Assembly: GCF_037042905.1 (NCBI RefSeq)
Contig: NC_087263.1
Coordinates: 8,804,001-8,868,000 of the forward strand
DNA: 64,000 bases
Direction of reading: 5' to 3'
Source: Lytechinus pictus
Lineage: Eukaryota
A model generated the notes under the pieces. That model ran no database searches and was not told where the DNA came from. It saw nothing but the letters and a program-made list of their open reading frames with translations. The translations under genes were made by a program, and so were the position numbers. Each line of letters starts with the position of its first letter. Position 1 is the stretch's first letter. Shown here piece after piece: positions 60,884-64,000 of the stretch.

Positions 60884-62006
60884 CTCTACCCCTCCCATCC
60901 CAAATAAGAGTAGAAATAATCTAATCAAGAACTTGAAAATCAAAAGCAGCAATTAAGAAGCAAGATTTGATAAATACAGGTCTGAATATAATTTCACAAG
61001 AAAATAAAAAGCGAAAAAAAAGATGGGTAGAGACGGGGAAGGAATTTAAAAAAAATACCCAGAAAAAAAATCCGAGTTTCGAACCAGGGTCCTCGCACAT
61101 GACAAAACAATGGCCAACGCATTTGGCCACAGACCATCGCCCGAACGGGAAGGCATTTTTAAGATATATGAAAGAAAGTCCGCTCGCCGCTGTTTCCTAA
61201 TAATGCTTCGGCAATTCAACTGCAATTTCAGTCATTTCGCGATGGATATTGCCGTGTTTTTTTTGTGGTTCCTGACTTTGCTACTTAATGAAATTTCATA
61301 ATTTTTGTTCAGTCATAAAGAAGAATGTCTATGCTTTATATTGACTATAACATTAATGTGACGCAAGTGTGATTTCTACGTGAAAATATGCTTTGTTTAT
61401 TCACATATATTTCTTGAAAAAAAATAATTCTAAGCTAAATATCGGTTACCAAAATACGTTAAATGTGCACTTTTTTTCACTGTTCAGTAAATTCAAACTT
61501 TTATCTATATAACAAGACCAATCTTAAGAGGAATAAACAATTCTAAGAGCAAAAAACGCTGATTGGAAATATCGTCTCCAATGGGCTGCTGTCAGCTCAG
61601 CTGCTCACTGTTCATTGTGTGACGTCACTCAGCTGGAGCTCGCAAGAGGACCGGTGGAAGGCAGAAATATGGCATGAAAATAAATCATTTTTGAGAGCTG
61701 ATTTCTGCAATCTCTGATCACTATTTTGAAAAGTGAAGTTATATATCTGATTAGTAATACTTCCCCTTTACAATGATGACCACATAAAGTCATTATAAAA
61801 TACTTTTGATTCTTTGGATGTATACTTTAAGTGCTTGTATAGTGACTGCACTACGAGTGCTGATTTTCTAGTTTAAATTTGAACTAAAAATCAGCACTCG
61901 AAGTGCAGTCACTATACAAGCACTGTAAGTGCTAAATTAGCACTTCATTTTTTACAGTGCATGGACCTTACAGTATTTGTTTAACAATTCAAACAACCAT
62001 GCTTAA

Positions 62007-62609
62007 AGGACAAGTCCACCCCAACAAAAACTTGATTCGAATAAAAAGAAAAAAATTCAACAAGCATAACACTGAAAATTTCATCAAAATTGGATGTAAA
62101 ATAAGAAAGTTATGACATTTTAAAGTTTCGCTTCATTTCACAAAAGAGTTATTTGCACATCCCGGCCAGTATGCAAATGAGGGAACTAATGACATCACTC
62201 ACTCACTATTTCTTTTGTATTTTATTATATGAATTATGAAATATTTTGATTTTCACGTCATTGTCACGTGAAATGAAGTTTCATTCCTCCCTGAATACGT
62301 GGAATTCCATTATTTTAACATTTTGTGGTTCAGGCAAGGAGGTCCTAATCGTCAAATTCGTAAAAATTGAAATATTGTATAATTCAAACAATACAAAATA
62401 AAAGAAATAGTGAGTGAGTGACATCATCGACTCTCTAATTTGGATGTAACTGGTTCGTTCATATAACTATTTTGTTAAAAATAAGCGAAACTTTGAAATG
62501 TCATAACTTTCTTATTTTACATCCGATTTTGATGAAATTTTCAGCATTGTGCTTGTCTGGTTTTTCTCTATTGATTCAAATCAACATTTTGTTGGGGTGG
62601 ACTTAAACT
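62007..62609. mobile_element. Kolobok-like long-TIR MITE
   Basis: TTAA-AGGACAAGTCCACCCCAACAAAAA ... TTTTGTTGGGGTGGACTTAAACT-TTAA. Confidence 0.87.
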
Positions 62610-64000
62610 TTAAATAATGAAACAAATTTGTTGTTTAATAGTCTAAACAACATGAACAACTACAATAATTGCAATGTTCATTTAGTAAACAGCGTTGTAT
62701 GAAAGAATAAATAAACCGCGTTTAATACTTTGTATGAATATTCCTGGTATTCATCCGATCATTACTTTCAATCGGATTTATCAGTCAAATGTCTTTCTCA
62801 AGCTGCATTCTCCTGAAATAAATGTAATTTATTCATTAAAAGTGAAATGCTTAATCCAGCCTGAAATCTGATCTTTCTTAACTTCTCAAAAACAAGTCAA
62901 GGATAGAAGTGTATTCACTGAAAAATTTGAACAAATTATGATACATTAGCTTGAATACCTTTTGAGAAGAGATTTCTGAGTTTCAAAAGCATACATGTAG
63001 ATTCCCTCAGTAAAGGAGGATATCCTTTAAAAAATACATCTTGCTTGAAATGATTCAGCGACATATAATGGATGTAAATATTACTTCTCTTCATGTTTAA
63101 GATTTTTTTTATCATGAATATCTTCTTTCCTCAATGCTTACGAGAGGCGTGAACTCTTGGTTTCAGTGCCAACCCATCAACTATCTTAAATTGGATTTCC
63201 TCGTCACTCCGTTCCTGCTTATCGAAAGCGGCACAGGCCGAAATAATATGACGTGTTTTTTTTTTCAACTTTCATGAGAAACACATCCCCCTCTTTTAGA
63301 TCCAAGAAATTTCATCTCGCTATCTGCTTAAAAGTGCGGGCTTGTCAAATTCTCCATCAATTTAAATCTCCAAGAGCACCCATACTGCACCAGCACCTCT
63401 TCTCTTTCTTTTACACTCTGTTTTACTGCCCTCCTTTCTCACTCCTCCCCTCTCCCTTCTCCTCTCTCTCTCTCCCTTCATCTCCCCCCCCCCCCCTCTC
63501 CCTCTCTCTCTCTCTCTTTCTCTCTTTCTCTCTCTCTCGATTTTGTTTTCTCTTCTCCATCTCTCTCTTGGTGGAAAGGGGTAATCAGCCCTTAAAAGGG
63601 TGATGAGTGACATCGTTTTTAATAAGGGTGAAACGCTGTCAATCCTGTGTCCTTTTCCACTCATGTTCATCCTTTCGGCCTTTGTGGTTGAGTTCAGTCA
63701 TGACTTCATATTGAGTCTTTTTTGTTTTGCCCTTAGTAGCCTTTACTCTGCTTCTTCTCTCGAAAGCATTATTTAAAGGCCGTAAATATGATAGGACATG
63801 TCGACCACGCGTCAGACAAAAACTGGTTATCTAACAAATTGTTATAAACTCATTTACCTTGCTTCCTGGATATTAAGAGTGATTCTCGTGGATTACATAA
63901 TAAATATGAACTTTTTGCTAGCACAAATTTTAATTCTTACTAGGCATGCATAATTTTTGAAGGGCTATTCTATTATTATTCCACCTCCAAGGTCCAAGGT

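Larger units (their letters stand above)
57719..61826. mobile_element. 4.1-kb Kolobok-like element (no recognisable transposase), carrying further insertions
   Basis: Perfect 17-bp TIR AGTATACATCCAAAGAA; TTAA TSD at 57715-57718 and 61827-61830. Confidence 0.87.
57684..61959. mobile_element. ~165-bp hairpin MITE split by the Kolobok-like insertion
   Basis: CACTGTAAAAATGAAGTGCTA.TTTAGCACTT at left; the remainder at 61827-61959 ends AAGTGCTAAATTAGCACTTCATTTTTTACAGTG. Confidence 0.85.

Noticed and set aside
1-64000. CRISPR arrays, rRNA or prokaryotic operons
   Set aside because: No regularly spaced repeat-spacer array or rRNA similarity seen; the content is eukaryotic repeat-rich DNA

Overview
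AT-rich eukaryotic (metazoan) genomic DNA with two assembly gaps. The repeat families look echinoderm, probably sea urchin (inference from family resemblance). I can support no intact host protein-coding gene, and most short ORFs in the track are noise. The window is a transposon-dense intergenic or intronic tract. It holds a decayed DIRS-order tyrosine-recombinase retrotransposon (minus strand, 1-~4270: gag, RT, RNase H, methyltransferase-like, probable YR) and a near-full-length but frameshifted CR1/L2-group LINE (~38223-42301). It also holds a 4-kb Academ-like element with ~600-bp TIRs carrying an L2 RT relic, several tRNA-headed SINEs, and many MITEs with recognisable TIR/TSD signatures (hAT-, Kolobok-, piggyBac-, Harbinger- and Tc1-like), including a five-level nested stack at 57.6-62.7 kb. 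The most unusual observation is a 405-bp repeat unit, present as two copies, that carries a free-standing 72-nt tRNA cloverleaf. It has a TCA (opal-reading) anticodon, a short variable loop and an immediate T6 Pol III terminator, so it fits neither a SINE head nor tRNA-Sec. A few weak exon-like signals are reported at low confidence.
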